Below are positions 10,033-19,649 of a DNA stretch of 64,000 nt, piece by piece. A program made the translations under genes and the position numbers. The stretch is taken from positions 32,001-96,000 of the forward strand of contig CAVSGG010000005.1 of NCBI GenBank assembly GCA_963727455.1. Direction: 5' to 3'. The notes under the pieces were generated by a model that saw only the letters and a list, made by a program, of their open reading frames with translations, was not told the origin of the DNA and did no database searches. Origin of the DNA: Candidatus Krumholzibacteriota bacterium. Lineage in GTDB: Bacteria > Krumholzibacteriota > Krumholzibacteriia > JAJRXK01. Positions within the stretch are counted from its first letter, which is position 1. The number at the start of each line of letters is the position of its first letter.

Positions 10033-10899
10033 CTATGCGCCGCGGGAATCCGGGTCGAAAGCGTCGCGTATCCCGTCCCCGAGAAAATTGAGCGCCAGCA
10101 GGGTCAGGCCCAAGAAGAGCCCGGGAAATAGGATCAACCACCAGTTCGTGTTCAAGGCGTTGATCGCCGAAGCCCCTTCGTTGGCCAAGCTGCCCCAGGA
10201 AGCATCGGGTGGTTGCACTCCCAGGCCCAAAAACGAGAGGAAAGCCTCCTCCAGCATGACGGAGGGAACGGTCAGCGTTGCGTAGACCAGGATGGGTCCC
10301 AGCATGTTGGGAAGCAGGTGCCTGAGGAAGATACGGTGCCGCGGCAATCCAAGAGCTATCGAAGCCTCCACGAACTCACTCGAGCGCAAGCGCTTCATCT
10401 CTCCGCGCACGATGCGACTCATGGTGAGCCACTGCACGGCGCCCAGAGCCAAGAAGAGCAGCAAGAGGCTCTGGCCGAAAAAGGCTACCAGGAGAATCAC
10501 GAAAAACATGAATGGTAGGGAGTAGAGCAGGTCGACGAAACGCATCATCGCCTCGTCGGTCTTTCCACCTTGCCATCCAGCGGTCATGCCCCAGCCCACT
10601 CCGATGAGGAGGCTTACCAGGGTGGCAACGATCCCTACCGCGAGGCTGATACGGCCCCCCCGCATCACTCGCGTCATCAGGTCACGGCCTACCGCGTCGG
10701 TTCCAAAAGGATGCTCCAAGCTCGGTGGCTGCAGTTGCCGGGGAAGATCTTGACGGTCGAAGGGGTACGGGCTCAAAAGGGGCCCAGCCACCGCAATGAC
10801 CACGATGGCGGAGAGGACCCAAATACTGATCACCGCCACTCGATGCCGGCGCAAGCGACGCCAGGCATCCTGGAACGGAGAGTTACCGCGCTCGCTCAT
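10033..10899 (-). CDS. oppC: Oligopeptide ABC permease OppC
   Basis: AWRRLRRHR N-terminus, HPFGTDAVGRD, EAFLSFLGLG motifs. Confidence 0.9.
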   Translation of the reverse strand: MSERGNSPFQDAWRRLRRHRVAVISIWVLSAIVVIAVAGPLLSPYPFDRQDLPRQLQPPSLEHPFGTDAVGRDLMTRVMRGGRISLAVGIVATLVSLLIGVGWGMTAGWQGGKTDEAMMRFVDLLYSLPFMFFVILLVAFFGQSLLLLFLALGAVQWLTMSRIVRGEMKRLRSSEFVEASIALGLPRHRIFLRHLLPNMLGPILVYATLTVPSVMLEEAFLSFLGLGVQPPDASWGSLANEGASAINALNTNWWLILFPGLFLGLTLLALNFLGDGIRDAFDPDSRGA

Positions 10900-11813
10900 C
10901 GCAGTTCCATCCGGGGATCGAGGGCCGAGTAGAGCAGGTCAACGAGTAGATTGAGCCCGATGAGTAGAGTGCTGTAGAGGAGGACTGTGCCCATGGCCAG
11001 GGTGTAATCACGATTGAGTGCGCTGTTGACGAAAAAGGTGCCGAGCCCGGGGATGTTGAAGATCTTCTCCACGACGACGCTTCCCACCAGAATGGACGCC
11101 GCAGCAGGTCCCAGATAGCTGAGGACCGGCAGGATGGCCACCCGAAGTGCGTGCTTGGTGACGACGACCGGTTCGCCAAGGCCCTTGGCTCGGGCGGTGC
11201 GGATGAAGTCGTGCGAGAGGACCTCGATCATACCCACGCGGGTCAACCGCGCGATGTAGGCGGCACGGATTGCACCCAGCGTAATCGCGGGGAGCACCAG
11301 CTGTTGAAGCGTCCCGAATCCGCCCACCGGAAACCAACCGAGCTGGAACACGAAGAGAAGGATGAGGAGTGGACCCAAGACGAAATTTGGAATGCAAATG
11401 CCTAGCAATGCGAAACCGGTGGCGAAATGGTCCGGCCATCCGTTGCGATGGATCGCAGCGAATACTCCCAGGGGAATTCCACTGAGCAATGCGATAATGA
11501 GCGCGAAAAGTCCCAGGGTGAGGGAGACTGGCAGCGCCTGTCCGATGATCTCGCGCACCGACCATCCCGGGTAGCGAAACGAAGGGCCCAGATCGCCTCG
11601 CAGCAGACCCTTTCCGTAGAGCCAAAGCTGTTCGCCAAGAGGCCGATCCAGTCCGTACCGCGCCTGTATCTGAGCTTTCACCGTGGGGTCGAGTTCGCGT
11701 TCGAGATCGAAGGGTCCCCCCGGAGCCAGGCGCATGAAGAAAAAGCTGACCACGATGATGGCCGCAAACAAGGGGATGAGCGAGAGTAAGCGACGCGCGA
11801 GAAAGCGCATCAT
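10896..11813 (-). CDS. oppB: Oligopeptide ABC permease OppB
   Basis: Start re-called to 11813 (ATGA overlap with oppA stop); APGGPF, GDLGPS, RTARAKGL, VEKIFNIPGLG. Confidence 0.9.
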   Translation of the reverse strand: MMRFLARRLLSLIPLFAAIIVVSFFFMRLAPGGPFDLERELDPTVKAQIQARYGLDRPLGEQLWLYGKGLLRGDLGPSFRYPGWSVREIIGQALPVSLTLGLFALIIALLSGIPLGVFAAIHRNGWPDHFATGFALLGICIPNFVLGPLLILLFVFQLGWFPVGGFGTLQQLVLPAITLGAIRAAYIARLTRVGMIEVLSHDFIRTARAKGLGEPVVVTKHALRVAILPVLSYLGPAAASILVGSVVVEKIFNIPGLGTFFVNSALNRDYTLAMGTVLLYSTLLIGLNLLVDLLYSALDPRMELR

Positions 11814-13414
11814 TTTGCACCTCCCGCGCGCGAGACATATTTCAACTGTACGGCATTCAGTAAGTTCGGTTTGAGACCCTTCCACTTGTCAGCGTCGTAG
11901 AGATTGGTGACGACGTAGTAGTAGATAGGCACGATGATGCACTCTTGTGAGGTAACGATACGCTCGCACTCGTGAAGAATTTTCATGCGGCGCGCGGGGT
12001 CGAGTTCGTTGGCGGCAAGGGTCAGCAGGCTGTCATAATGGGTGGACGCAAATCCGGTTCGGTTGTTTCCATTTCCCGAACTCCAGATCGAAAGGAAAGT
12101 ATTGGGATCGAGATAGTCGCCGATCCAACCACCGCGCGCGATTTGGTACTCTTTGGCGCGCGTCTTCGCCATGAAAACCTTCCACTCCATGTTGCGCAAC
12201 TCCACCTGGACTCCGAGCACTCGTTTCCATTGCTGTTGGAGTACCACCGCGATCTGCCGGTGCGCCTCGCTCGTGTTGTAGAGATAGGTGATCTTGGGAA
12301 AGCCCTTGCCGCCGGGGTATCCCGCCTCGGCGAGCAGTTGGCGCGCGCGCTCCGGCTGATAGCCCTCCAGCTGGACTTCGTGGTAGCCGGGCAACCCGGG
12401 AGGAACGAGGCTGTGCGCGGGAATCTGCCCTCCCCGTGTAACGTGCTCCGTGATCGCTTTCGCGTCTACGGCCAGGGCGAAGGCCTTCCGTACGCGAGGA
12501 TCGTCCATCGGCGGTGAGTTCACGCAAAAGCGCAAGAAGTAGGTGTTGAGATAGGGACCCCGGTGAAAATCGGATCGAGACGAAAGCTGCTGGATCACCG
12601 TGGGCGGAATTCCCTCCGAATCGACCCAGTCGAGCTCACCGCTCTCGTAGCGATTGAAGCTGCTGTTCGCGTCGTCACCGTGCATGATGTCGACGATCTT
12701 CAAGGCCACGCGAGAAGCGTCCCAATAGCGGGGATTGCGAAGCAGACGGACCCGGCGGTTGATCTGCCACTTCTGCACTTGATACGGTCCATTACTCACG
12801 ATGAATTGGGGATGCGTCCAACGCTCGCCGTGCTCGCGGATGGTCCATGCGGGAACTGGATACAGGGGATAGTAGGCGCAGAGATCCAGAAAATAGGCGA
12901 CCGGATGGGAGAGCTGCACCACGAATGTCGTGTCGTCGGGACAGCTGAGCCCGAGGCTCGAAGGGTCGCTAGTCTTGCCAGAATGGAGACGACGAGCTCC
13001 CATGAGAGGATATAGGAGATCGGCGTAGGGGGCCGCGGTCGCCGGTGTCAGGAGCCTAATCCAGGCGAACTGGAAGTCGTGACTGGTGACCGGCCTGCCA
13101 TCGCTCCAAAGGGCATCACCGCGCAGGTGGAAGGTGTAGAGGGTGCCGGTAGCGTCGATCTCCCAGCTGCGAGCAACCCCGGGGTGCGGAGCCAGTGTGG
13201 CCGGGTCCCGCGAGCACAGTCCCTCGAAGACATTGCTCAGGATGCGTCCCCCCGGCTGCGCGCTGCAGAGCCCTGGATCCAGGCTCTCCGGCTCCCGTCC
13301 CAGCATCGTGAAATCCGCCGGCTTCTCACCCAGTCCGCAACCGAGAACAAGAAGGGCGCACGCTGCCAGTGTCCACCGCGTCCTTCGGTACAGCTGCCGC
13401 CGCCAAGAATCCAC
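11810..13414 (-). CDS. oppA: Oligopeptide ABC substrate-binding lipoprotein OppA
   Basis: Probable GTG start 13414 with lipobox VLGC; EPESLDP, YTFHLR...WSDG.PVT..DF, SNGPY, RGGWIGDYLDP. Confidence 0.88.
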   Translation of the reverse strand: MDSWRRQLYRRTRWTLAACALLVLGCGLGEKPADFTMLGREPESLDPGLCSAQPGGRILSNVFEGLCSRDPATLAPHPGVARSWEIDATGTLYTFHLRGDALWSDGRPVTSHDFQFAWIRLLTPATAAPYADLLYPLMGARRLHSGKTSDPSSLGLSCPDDTTFVVQLSHPVAYFLDLCAYYPLYPVPAWTIREHGERWTHPQFIVSNGPYQVQKWQINRRVRLLRNPRYWDASRVALKIVDIMHGDDANSSFNRYESGELDWVDSEGIPPTVIQQLSSRSDFHRGPYLNTYFLRFCVNSPPMDDPRVRKAFALAVDAKAITEHVTRGGQIPAHSLVPPGLPGYHEVQLEGYQPERARQLLAEAGYPGGKGFPKITYLYNTSEAHRQIAVVLQQQWKRVLGVQVELRNMEWKVFMAKTRAKEYQIARGGWIGDYLDPNTFLSIWSSGNGNNRTGFASTHYDSLLTLAANELDPARRMKILHECERIVTSQECIIVPIYYYVVTNLYDADKWKGLKPNLLNAVQLKYVSRAGGAK

Positions 13415-13585
13415 GCATCTCGCCTTTTCGCCAGTGTGGGGCGGGCTGATTGTATCGGTTTCCCCCCAGCGGTCCAGACCTGAAGAGATCGCCCCGGGAA
13501 GTGTTCTCGCGCCATTCCAGCTTAGCGTGTATAAGAAAGGGGACGCCCCATCCCTTCGACTGTGCTCGTGGAGAATCTGGCATTC

Positions 13586-15016
13586 ATGAACGACTTGCCG
13601 CTCTTTGCCGCCTCTTCCATGGAAGAGGACGCCACCTGGTCGGTGACCCGCCTGAACGAGGCGATCTCCCACGCTTTGAGCGAACGCTTCCCGCAGGAGA
13701 TCTGGGTACGCGGCGAAATTCAGGGACTTGCTAGAACCAGGATGCGCAAACACTGGTACTTCGAACTGGTGGAAAAGGACGAATACGGAGATGGAGTAAA
13801 GGGCAAGCTCTCGGTGGCGCTTCTCGCCTGGAATCGGGGACCGGTAGATCGCACGATCACCAGTTCACCGGGTTTCAGGCTCGACGACGACATCGAAGTG
13901 CGCATCAAGGGCCGCGTCGACTTCTATCCGCCGTTCGGGAAACTCCAATTCGTGATGACAGGGGTCGACCCCGCATTCACCCTGGGACAACTCGCTCTCA
14001 GACGAGAGCGCATCCTGCGCGCACTGAAGGCGGAGGGCCTCCTGCGCGCGAACGCCGAGCGTCCCATGCCCCTAGTTCCAGCCAGAATTGGTCTGATTAC
14101 CAGCGTGGGCAGCGCGGCTTACAATGACTTCATCAACGAGTTGGAGCAAGGCGGCTTCGGGCATCGGGTCGTGGTCGCGGATGCTCGGGTGCAGGGGGCG
14201 GAGGCCGAGCGAACTCTGCTCGCGGCGCTCGGCACCCTCAAGGCCTGTGAGCTCGACCTGATCGCGATCGTGAGGGGAGGCGGTAGCCAGAGCGATCTCG
14301 CGGCCTTCGACAGCGAGGCTCTGGCGCGGGCCATTTGCAAGATGCCCATCCCGGTCTTGACCGGAATCGGTCACGAGATCGACACCTCCGTGGCCGACCA
14401 CGTGGCGCATACCGCTTACAAGACCCCGACGGCTTGCGCGGCCGCCCTGGTGGTATCCACCGCTAACTTCCTGTCCCTTCTGCAGGAAAGGGCGGAGGAA
14501 ATCGCGTCTCTGGCGGAGAGGCAGACGGCAAACGAGCGACACCGTCTTATCATGGCTGCGCAGCTGGCCAGTTCGCGCGCCAAAGCGCGAATCGTCTCTG
14601 CGCAGCGTGACCTCGCGGAGGCCGAGCGGAGCCTGCTTCGGGAGACCCCGCGGTCTCTGGCTCGTGCCGAGGCCCGGCGCGAACGCATCGCGGGAGAACT
14701 GCGGGGAGCGGGACGCCTGGTATTGCACCGGGCCGATCAATCCTTGAAGACGGCTCTGAGAAAGCTGACTCTCCCCCGCATGCGGGTTCTGCTGAACCGC
14801 CGCGCGGAGAAATTGAGTGCCCAGGAGACTCGGGTCCGCCTCCTCGATCCTCGGCGGGTCTTGGCCCGGGGCTACAGCATCAGTCGTGGACCGACGGGCG
14901 CAGTGGTGCGCAGCGCCGCGGAACTGAAGCTCGGCGATATGATGACCACTCAGCTCTCGCGGGGAAGTGTGAAAAGCGAAGTCAAGGTATGCCGGAAGGA
15001 GAAAAAGAGTCCATGA
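13586..15016 (+). CDS. xseA: Exodeoxyribonuclease VII large subunit
   Basis: WVRGEI, RIGLITS, RGGGS..DL..F, GIGHEID, TPTA, RVLARGYS. Confidence 0.93.
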   Translation: MNDLPLFAASSMEEDATWSVTRLNEAISHALSERFPQEIWVRGEIQGLARTRMRKHWYFELVEKDEYGDGVKGKLSVALLAWNRGPVDRTITSSPGFRLDDDIEVRIKGRVDFYPPFGKLQFVMTGVDPAFTLGQLALRRERILRALKAEGLLRANAERPMPLVPARIGLITSVGSAAYNDFINELEQGGFGHRVVVADARVQGAEAERTLLAALGTLKACELDLIAIVRGGGSQSDLAAFDSEALARAICKMPIPVLTGIGHEIDTSVADHVAHTAYKTPTACAAALVVSTANFLSLLQERAEEIASLAERQTANERHRLIMAAQLASSRAKARIVSAQRDLAEAERSLLRETPRSLARAEARRERIAGELRGAGRLVLHRADQSLKTALRKLTLPRMRVLLNRRAEKLSAQETRVRLLDPRRVLARGYSISRGPTGAVVRSAAELKLGDMMTTQLSRGSVKSEVKVCRKEKKSP

Positions 15017-15261
15017 GTGCGAAGAAGGCTCAGACCAAAGCGCCACGCTATGCCGAGGCCATGGAAGAACTGGAGACGATCCTCGCGCAGCTCGAGGAGG
15101 AAGCGGTGGATGTAGACGAACTCACGGCCAAGGTGAAACGGGCGAGCGAGCTGATCCAGTTTTGCCGCGACCGACTGAGCAACACTCGCCTGGAGATTGA
15201 GCAAGTCGTGGCAGAGCTGCAGAAGGTCGAGGAGGAAGAAGATGCCGAGGATGAGGGATAA
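15013..15261 (+). CDS. xseB: Exodeoxyribonuclease VII small subunit
   Basis: YAEAMEELETILAQLE...CRDRL pattern; overlaps the xseA stop. Confidence 0.9.
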   Translation: MSAKKAQTKAPRYAEAMEELETILAQLEEEAVDVDELTAKVKRASELIQFCRDRLSNTRLEIEQVVAELQKVEEEEDAEDEG

Positions 15262-17109
15262 GTGAATCCCCCAGGCCGGCAGCATTCCCCTCTCAGCGTG
15301 GAGGAAAGGGACCGGCGGTGGCGCGACGAAGTCTACCTCGCCGATGGTAGTCCTCAACTCACGTTGCGCTCGACTCTGACGGGTGTCCTCCTGGGATGCA
15401 TGCTCGCTCTGAGCAACCTTTACGCGGGTCTCAAGACCGGCTGGTCGTTCTCCATCGCAATCACCGCCTGCATTCTCTCCTTCTCTTTTTGGCGCATATT
15501 CAAGCTCGCCAAACCCAACTTGCGCTCCCCGGGGATTCTCGAAGACAACTGCATGCAGTCGACGGCTTCCGCGGCGGGCTACACCATCGTAGCGCTCTTG
15601 GTCTCGGCCATCCCGGCCTATCTCATGGTCACCGGTGTGAGCATTCGCGCGGGTTGGCTCATTCTGTGGGTGTTTTTCTCGGCCGCCCTGGGCCTGATGC
15701 TCTTTATCCCCTTCAAGCGACAGCTCGTGAACGACGAGAGCCTGACCTTCCCCAGTGGAGTCGCGGCGGCGGAGACCCTTCGCGGCTTGCACGCCAAGGG
15801 GACGGAACCCCTGCGGCACGCGAGGGGACTCTTCGCCGGCATGGGGCTGGGCGCATTGGGATCGTGGCTTGGAACCAACAATGCTTTCAGCTGGTGGCGC
15901 TTTCCGAGAATTCCCGATTCCATATTCGTTCCCGGATCGATCTCGGGCGTTTCCCTCTCGCCGCTGACGGTCGGATTGGACTTGGCCGGCGTTTCACTGG
16001 CGGGCGGAGCTCTCATCGGAATTCGCATCTCGCTGTGGATGCTCGCCGGGTCGAGTATCGTCTATCTTCTCCTGGCGCCGTGGCTGGTCTCGAATCTCTA
16101 CATCGTGGGGGAGCTCTCCTATCGCAACATCCAGAATGGCTTTGCGCTCTGGCTCGGCGCATCGCTCATGGTAGGAGCTTCTCTATCAGATCTCTTCTTC
16201 CAACGCCACACCATGGGAAGGGCGTTTTCTGGTCTTTGGGCCATTCTGCGCGGCCGTTCCGGATCGAGCCTGGATGATCCACTTGCCGAGATCGAGATGC
16301 CCGACTGGTGGTTTCTGGTGGGGCTCGGCTTCTGTGTGATCGGATTGGCCGTGACCGGCATCCTGGCCTTCGCCATATCTCCTCTCTCACTCCTGGCAGC
16401 ACTCATCTTGAGCCTGCTCTTCGTCGTGGTGGCAACGCGCGCGGTGGGGGAGACGGATCTCATTCCGGTAGGGCAGCTGGGAAAGTTGGCTCAGCTCAGC
16501 TTCGGTGGGCTCGCTCCGCGCCGCCTGAGCACCAATTTGATGGCGACCGGGATGAGCGTGAGTTCCGCCGCTTGCGCCGCTGATCTCGCCACAAATCTCA
16601 AGTGTGGACGCCTACTGGGAGGCAACCCCCGTAAGCAGTTCCAGGCGCAACTCTTGGGGACTCTGGCCGGCGCTCTGGTGGTGGTACCCGCGTTCTACGT
16701 ACTCGTGCCCGATGTCAGCGTGCTGGGCACGGCACAGCTTCCCGCTCCGGCCGCCGCCGCCTGGCGGGCCATCGCCGAGCTGATGTCCAGCGGCCTTTCC
16801 GCGCTCGCCCCCGCCGCGCGTCTCGGCCTGTTGGTGGGTCTCATCCTGGGTCTGATTCTCTCCGTGATCTCACAAATTTGGCCAGAGAACAAGTGGACGC
16901 CCAGCGCCTTCGGTTTGGGCTTGGGAATGGTGATACCCTTCAGCCAGTCCACCGCCTTCGTGCTCGGCGCTCTTCTGGCCATCGTGGCGCGCAGAGCGGA
17001 TGCTTCGCGCGCGGAAGCCTATACCGTCCCGGTGGCCAGCGGCATCATCGCCGGAGAGAGTTTGTTGGGAGTGCTGTTCGGGACCCTGGCCGCCCTGGGC
17101 CTCATGTAG
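15262..17109 (+). CDS. OPT/YSL family oligopeptide transporter
   Basis: QLTLRS, NLYAGLKTGW, EDNCMQSTASA, FPSGVAAAE, ASGIIAGES; many TM helices. Confidence 0.88.
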   Translation: MNPPGRQHSPLSVEERDRRWRDEVYLADGSPQLTLRSTLTGVLLGCMLALSNLYAGLKTGWSFSIAITACILSFSFWRIFKLAKPNLRSPGILEDNCMQSTASAAGYTIVALLVSAIPAYLMVTGVSIRAGWLILWVFFSAALGLMLFIPFKRQLVNDESLTFPSGVAAAETLRGLHAKGTEPLRHARGLFAGMGLGALGSWLGTNNAFSWWRFPRIPDSIFVPGSISGVSLSPLTVGLDLAGVSLAGGALIGIRISLWMLAGSSIVYLLLAPWLVSNLYIVGELSYRNIQNGFALWLGASLMVGASLSDLFFQRHTMGRAFSGLWAILRGRSGSSLDDPLAEIEMPDWWFLVGLGFCVIGLAVTGILAFAISPLSLLAALILSLLFVVVATRAVGETDLIPVGQLGKLAQLSFGGLAPRRLSTNLMATGMSVSSAACAADLATNLKCGRLLGGNPRKQFQAQLLGTLAGALVVVPAFYVLVPDVSVLGTAQLPAPAAAAWRAIAELMSSGLSALAPAARLGLLVGLILGLILSVISQIWPENKWTPSAFGLGLGMVIPFSQSTAFVLGALLAIVARRADASRAEAYTVPVASGIIAGESLLGVLFGTLAALGLM

Positions 17110-17575
17110 ACCGCTGACAGAGCTCCAGTAGAACACCACCGGTCGAGCGAGGGTGGCAGAAGGCGATGAGCTTGTTCGAAGCTCCAGGGCGTGGCGCTTC
17201 GTCGATCATCGTGATCCCCGCCTCGCGCAGCATTCTCACCGCAGACGCGCAATCTCTCACTTTCAGGGCTACGTGATGGAGCCCTGGCCCTCGCTTCTTC
17301 AAGAACTTCGCGACCGGGCTTTGTTCGCGGGTGGGTTCGAGGAGCTCGAGGTGGGGTCCCTTCAGGTCCAGAATGGCGACGCGCACCCCATCGCTCTCGA
17401 TGGTCTCCGTTGCCAGCAGCGGGAGTTCCAATAAGTCGCGATACAGAGGCAAAACTTGCTCCAGCTCCGGGACCGCCACGCCCAGATGATCCAGCCCGAC
17501 GCAGAGCGGGCGCAGCTCGGCAGGGAGATTCAGAATGGCCCTGCGCAATTGTTCGGGATTCTCGAAGAGGCTCAC
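17102..17575 (-). CDS. mce: Methylmalonyl-CoA epimerase
   Basis: DHLGVAV, LELLEP, GPGLHHVA, F.HP.STGGVLLEL; in operon with acyl-CoA carboxylase. Confidence 0.88.
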   Translation of the reverse strand: MSLFENPEQLRRAILNLPAELRPLCVGLDHLGVAVPELEQVLPLYRDLLELPLLATETIESDGVRVAILDLKGPHLELLEPTREQSPVAKFLKKRGPGLHHVALKVRDCASAVRMLREAGITMIDEAPRPGASNKLIAFCHPRSTGGVLLELCQRST

Positions 17576-18108
17576 TGTGTCTCCAGGGACTTCGGTTGAA
17601 CTCGCAGCAGCACGGTGCCTGCGGCAACGGTACTACCGGCCTCGACCAAGATTTCCTCGACGATACCGGCACCGGGTGAAGGAAGTTCGTTTTGCATCTT
17701 CATCGCTTCGAGGATGACCAGGGCCTGCCCTGGCTTCACTTCGTCACCCACCGCGCACTTGTATTCGACGACGAGCCCCGGCATCTCCGCGAGGACTTCG
17801 GCGCCCGAAGAACCGGAAGTCACCTGTTCCGCGGCTGCGGCGGCGAGTTCATCGAGGACTTCCACTCTGCCCCCGCGTCCTCCCAGCAGCGCTGCGTGCC
17901 AGGAGCTTCCCGGAGGGGTGAGATCGACCAGATACATGCGACCGTTCTGACGAATGCTGACGGTACGACCGCCATCCAGCACTAGCGCGTCGGTGATGCG
18001 CGCTCCCGTGGGAGTTTCCACCCATATCTTGCCAGCGCCATCGCGCACCACCACCGCTTTCAGGTCCTCTCCGAAGAGTCGTGTCACGTAGGTCTTGCGC
18101 AGTTCCAT
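17572..18108 (-). CDS. Biotin carboxyl carrier protein of acyl-CoA carboxylase
   Basis: Biotinylation motif EAMKM preceded by AEMPGLV. Confidence 0.9.
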   Translation of the reverse strand: MELRKTYVTRLFGEDLKAVVVRDGAGKIWVETPTGARITDALVLDGGRTVSIRQNGRMYLVDLTPPGSSWHAALLGGRGGRVEVLDELAAAAAEQVTSGSSGAEVLAEMPGLVVEYKCAVGDEVKPGQALVILEAMKMQNELPSPGAGIVEEILVEAGSTVAAGTVLLRVQPKSLETQ

Positions 18109-18116
18109 TGCGTCCC

Positions 18117-19640
18117 CTAGTCCAGCTTTCGCGTCATGGCGAGTCGGCCGTACTGGCCCCAGGTCGACAACGGCGCTGGCCGATCCCCGTGTCCTCCATT
18201 CGCATTCCCCAGGCCCGCTTCCACCAGCGCCAGCGCGGCGGCGAGAGCCTCTTTTTCGTCCTGCGTGAGGTTGCTCTTGAGTTCCGCGGGATCGAAACGC
18301 TCCTCGAGAAATCGAGTACTGTAATGCCCGTCGATGAACTCGGGCTGTTCGAGTACCCAGCGGTGTAGGGGAATGTTGTGAATCAAACCCAAGATGCGGT
18401 AATCCGCGAGCGCCCGACGGCCGCGTGCGATCGCGGCACTGCGGTTCTCCGCTACCACGATCAGCTTGGCCAACATGGGGTCGTAGTACACGGGGACTTC
18501 ATATCCTTCGCGAAGTCCGCGGTCGTTCCGCACTCCCGCCCCCACCGGCATTCGCAGGCGATGCACCGTACCCGGACTGGGCGCGAAGTTCAGCCAGGGA
18601 TTCTCGGCATAAACTCGAAATTCGATCGCGTGGCCCCGCTGACGGAGATCTTTCTGCTTCCAACGGAGTCCCTCGCCCTGGGCCACCCTGACCTGAGCTG
18701 CCACGAGGTCGACGCCTACGACCTCTTCGGTAACCGGATGCTCCACCTGGAGTCGGGTGTTCATTTCCAGGAAGTAGAAGTTGTCATTCTCATCCGCAAT
18801 GAACTCCACCGTTCCCGCGCCGCGATACTTCACGGCCTGGGCGGCCTTGACTGCAGCTTCGCACAGACTTTGGCGGGTCTCGTCGGAGATGGAGGGGGAG
18901 GGTGACTCTTCGATCACTTTCTGGTGGCGCCGCTGAACGCTGCATTCGCGTTCGTAGAGATGCAATACCTCGCCCCTGCCGTCACCCAAGACCTGGACCT
19001 CGAGATGGCGCGGTCTCTCGATGAATTTCTCCAGGAAGACCGAAGCGTCGCCGAACGCGCCTTTGGCCTCGCCCTTGGTGCGTTCGAGGAAACTGGCCAT
19101 TTCCTTTTCGGCATGCACCACTCGCATTCCCTTGCCGCCGCCCCCCGCCGCGGCCTTCAGCAGGACCGGGTAGCCGATCTCCTCAGCCGCCTTCAGCGCC
19201 GAGGAAAGATCCTCCAGGGCGCGAAAGTTGCCGGGAACCACGGGAACCCCGGCCTTCTCCATGAGGGTCCGCGCCGAGAGCTTGTTGCCCATGCTTTGCA
19301 TGCTCTGAGGAGTGGGTCCGATGAAGACGAGGCCGGCATCTTCCACCGCGCGCGCGAACTCGGCGTTCTCGCTCAAGAAACCGTAACCGGGATGGATGGC
19401 GTCGGCTTTCGCCTGATGCGCTGCGTCGATGATCTTCTCGATACTCAAATAGCTCTCGCTCGAGGGTCCGGCGCCCAGAGGATAGGCTTCGTCGGCCTGG
19501 AGGGTATGCAGCGCGGTCCGGTCGGGATCACTGTAGACCGCGCAAGCGACGATGCCCATCTCGCGCAGAGTCTGTTGGATTCGCACCGAGATTTCGCCTC
19601 GATTGGCGATCAGCACTTTTTTCAGCGATGCGGTGGTCAA
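18117..19640 (-). CDS. Biotin carboxylase subunit of propionyl/acyl-CoA carboxylase
   Basis: KVLIANRGEI, HPGYGFLSEN, GGGGKGMR, RECSVQRRHQK, EMNTRLQVEH. Confidence 0.93.
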   Translation of the reverse strand: MTTASLKKVLIANRGEISVRIQQTLREMGIVACAVYSDPDRTALHTLQADEAYPLGAGPSSESYLSIEKIIDAAHQAKADAIHPGYGFLSENAEFARAVEDAGLVFIGPTPQSMQSMGNKLSARTLMEKAGVPVVPGNFRALEDLSSALKAAEEIGYPVLLKAAAGGGGKGMRVVHAEKEMASFLERTKGEAKGAFGDASVFLEKFIERPRHLEVQVLGDGRGEVLHLYERECSVQRRHQKVIEESPSPSISDETRQSLCEAAVKAAQAVKYRGAGTVEFIADENDNFYFLEMNTRLQVEHPVTEEVVGVDLVAAQVRVAQGEGLRWKQKDLRQRGHAIEFRVYAENPWLNFAPSPGTVHRLRMPVGAGVRNDRGLREGYEVPVYYDPMLAKLIVVAENRSAAIARGRRALADYRILGLIHNIPLHRWVLEQPEFIDGHYSTRFLEERFDPAELKSNLTQDEKEALAAALALVEAGLGNANGGHGDRPAPLSTWGQYGRLAMTRKLD

Positions 19641-19649
19641 GGTGAGCTC

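Noticed and set aside
10170-10205. SWG in OppC (ASWGSLANEG); also internal SWG in the GldG-like and giant proteins
   Set aside because: Internal, lacks the L-K-x-x-Y/F part, and in OppC it is a normal family motif; not counted as the tail.
13415-13753. N-terminal extension of the oppA ORF
   Set aside because: Overlaps divergent xseA; the lipoprotein signal begins near 13414.
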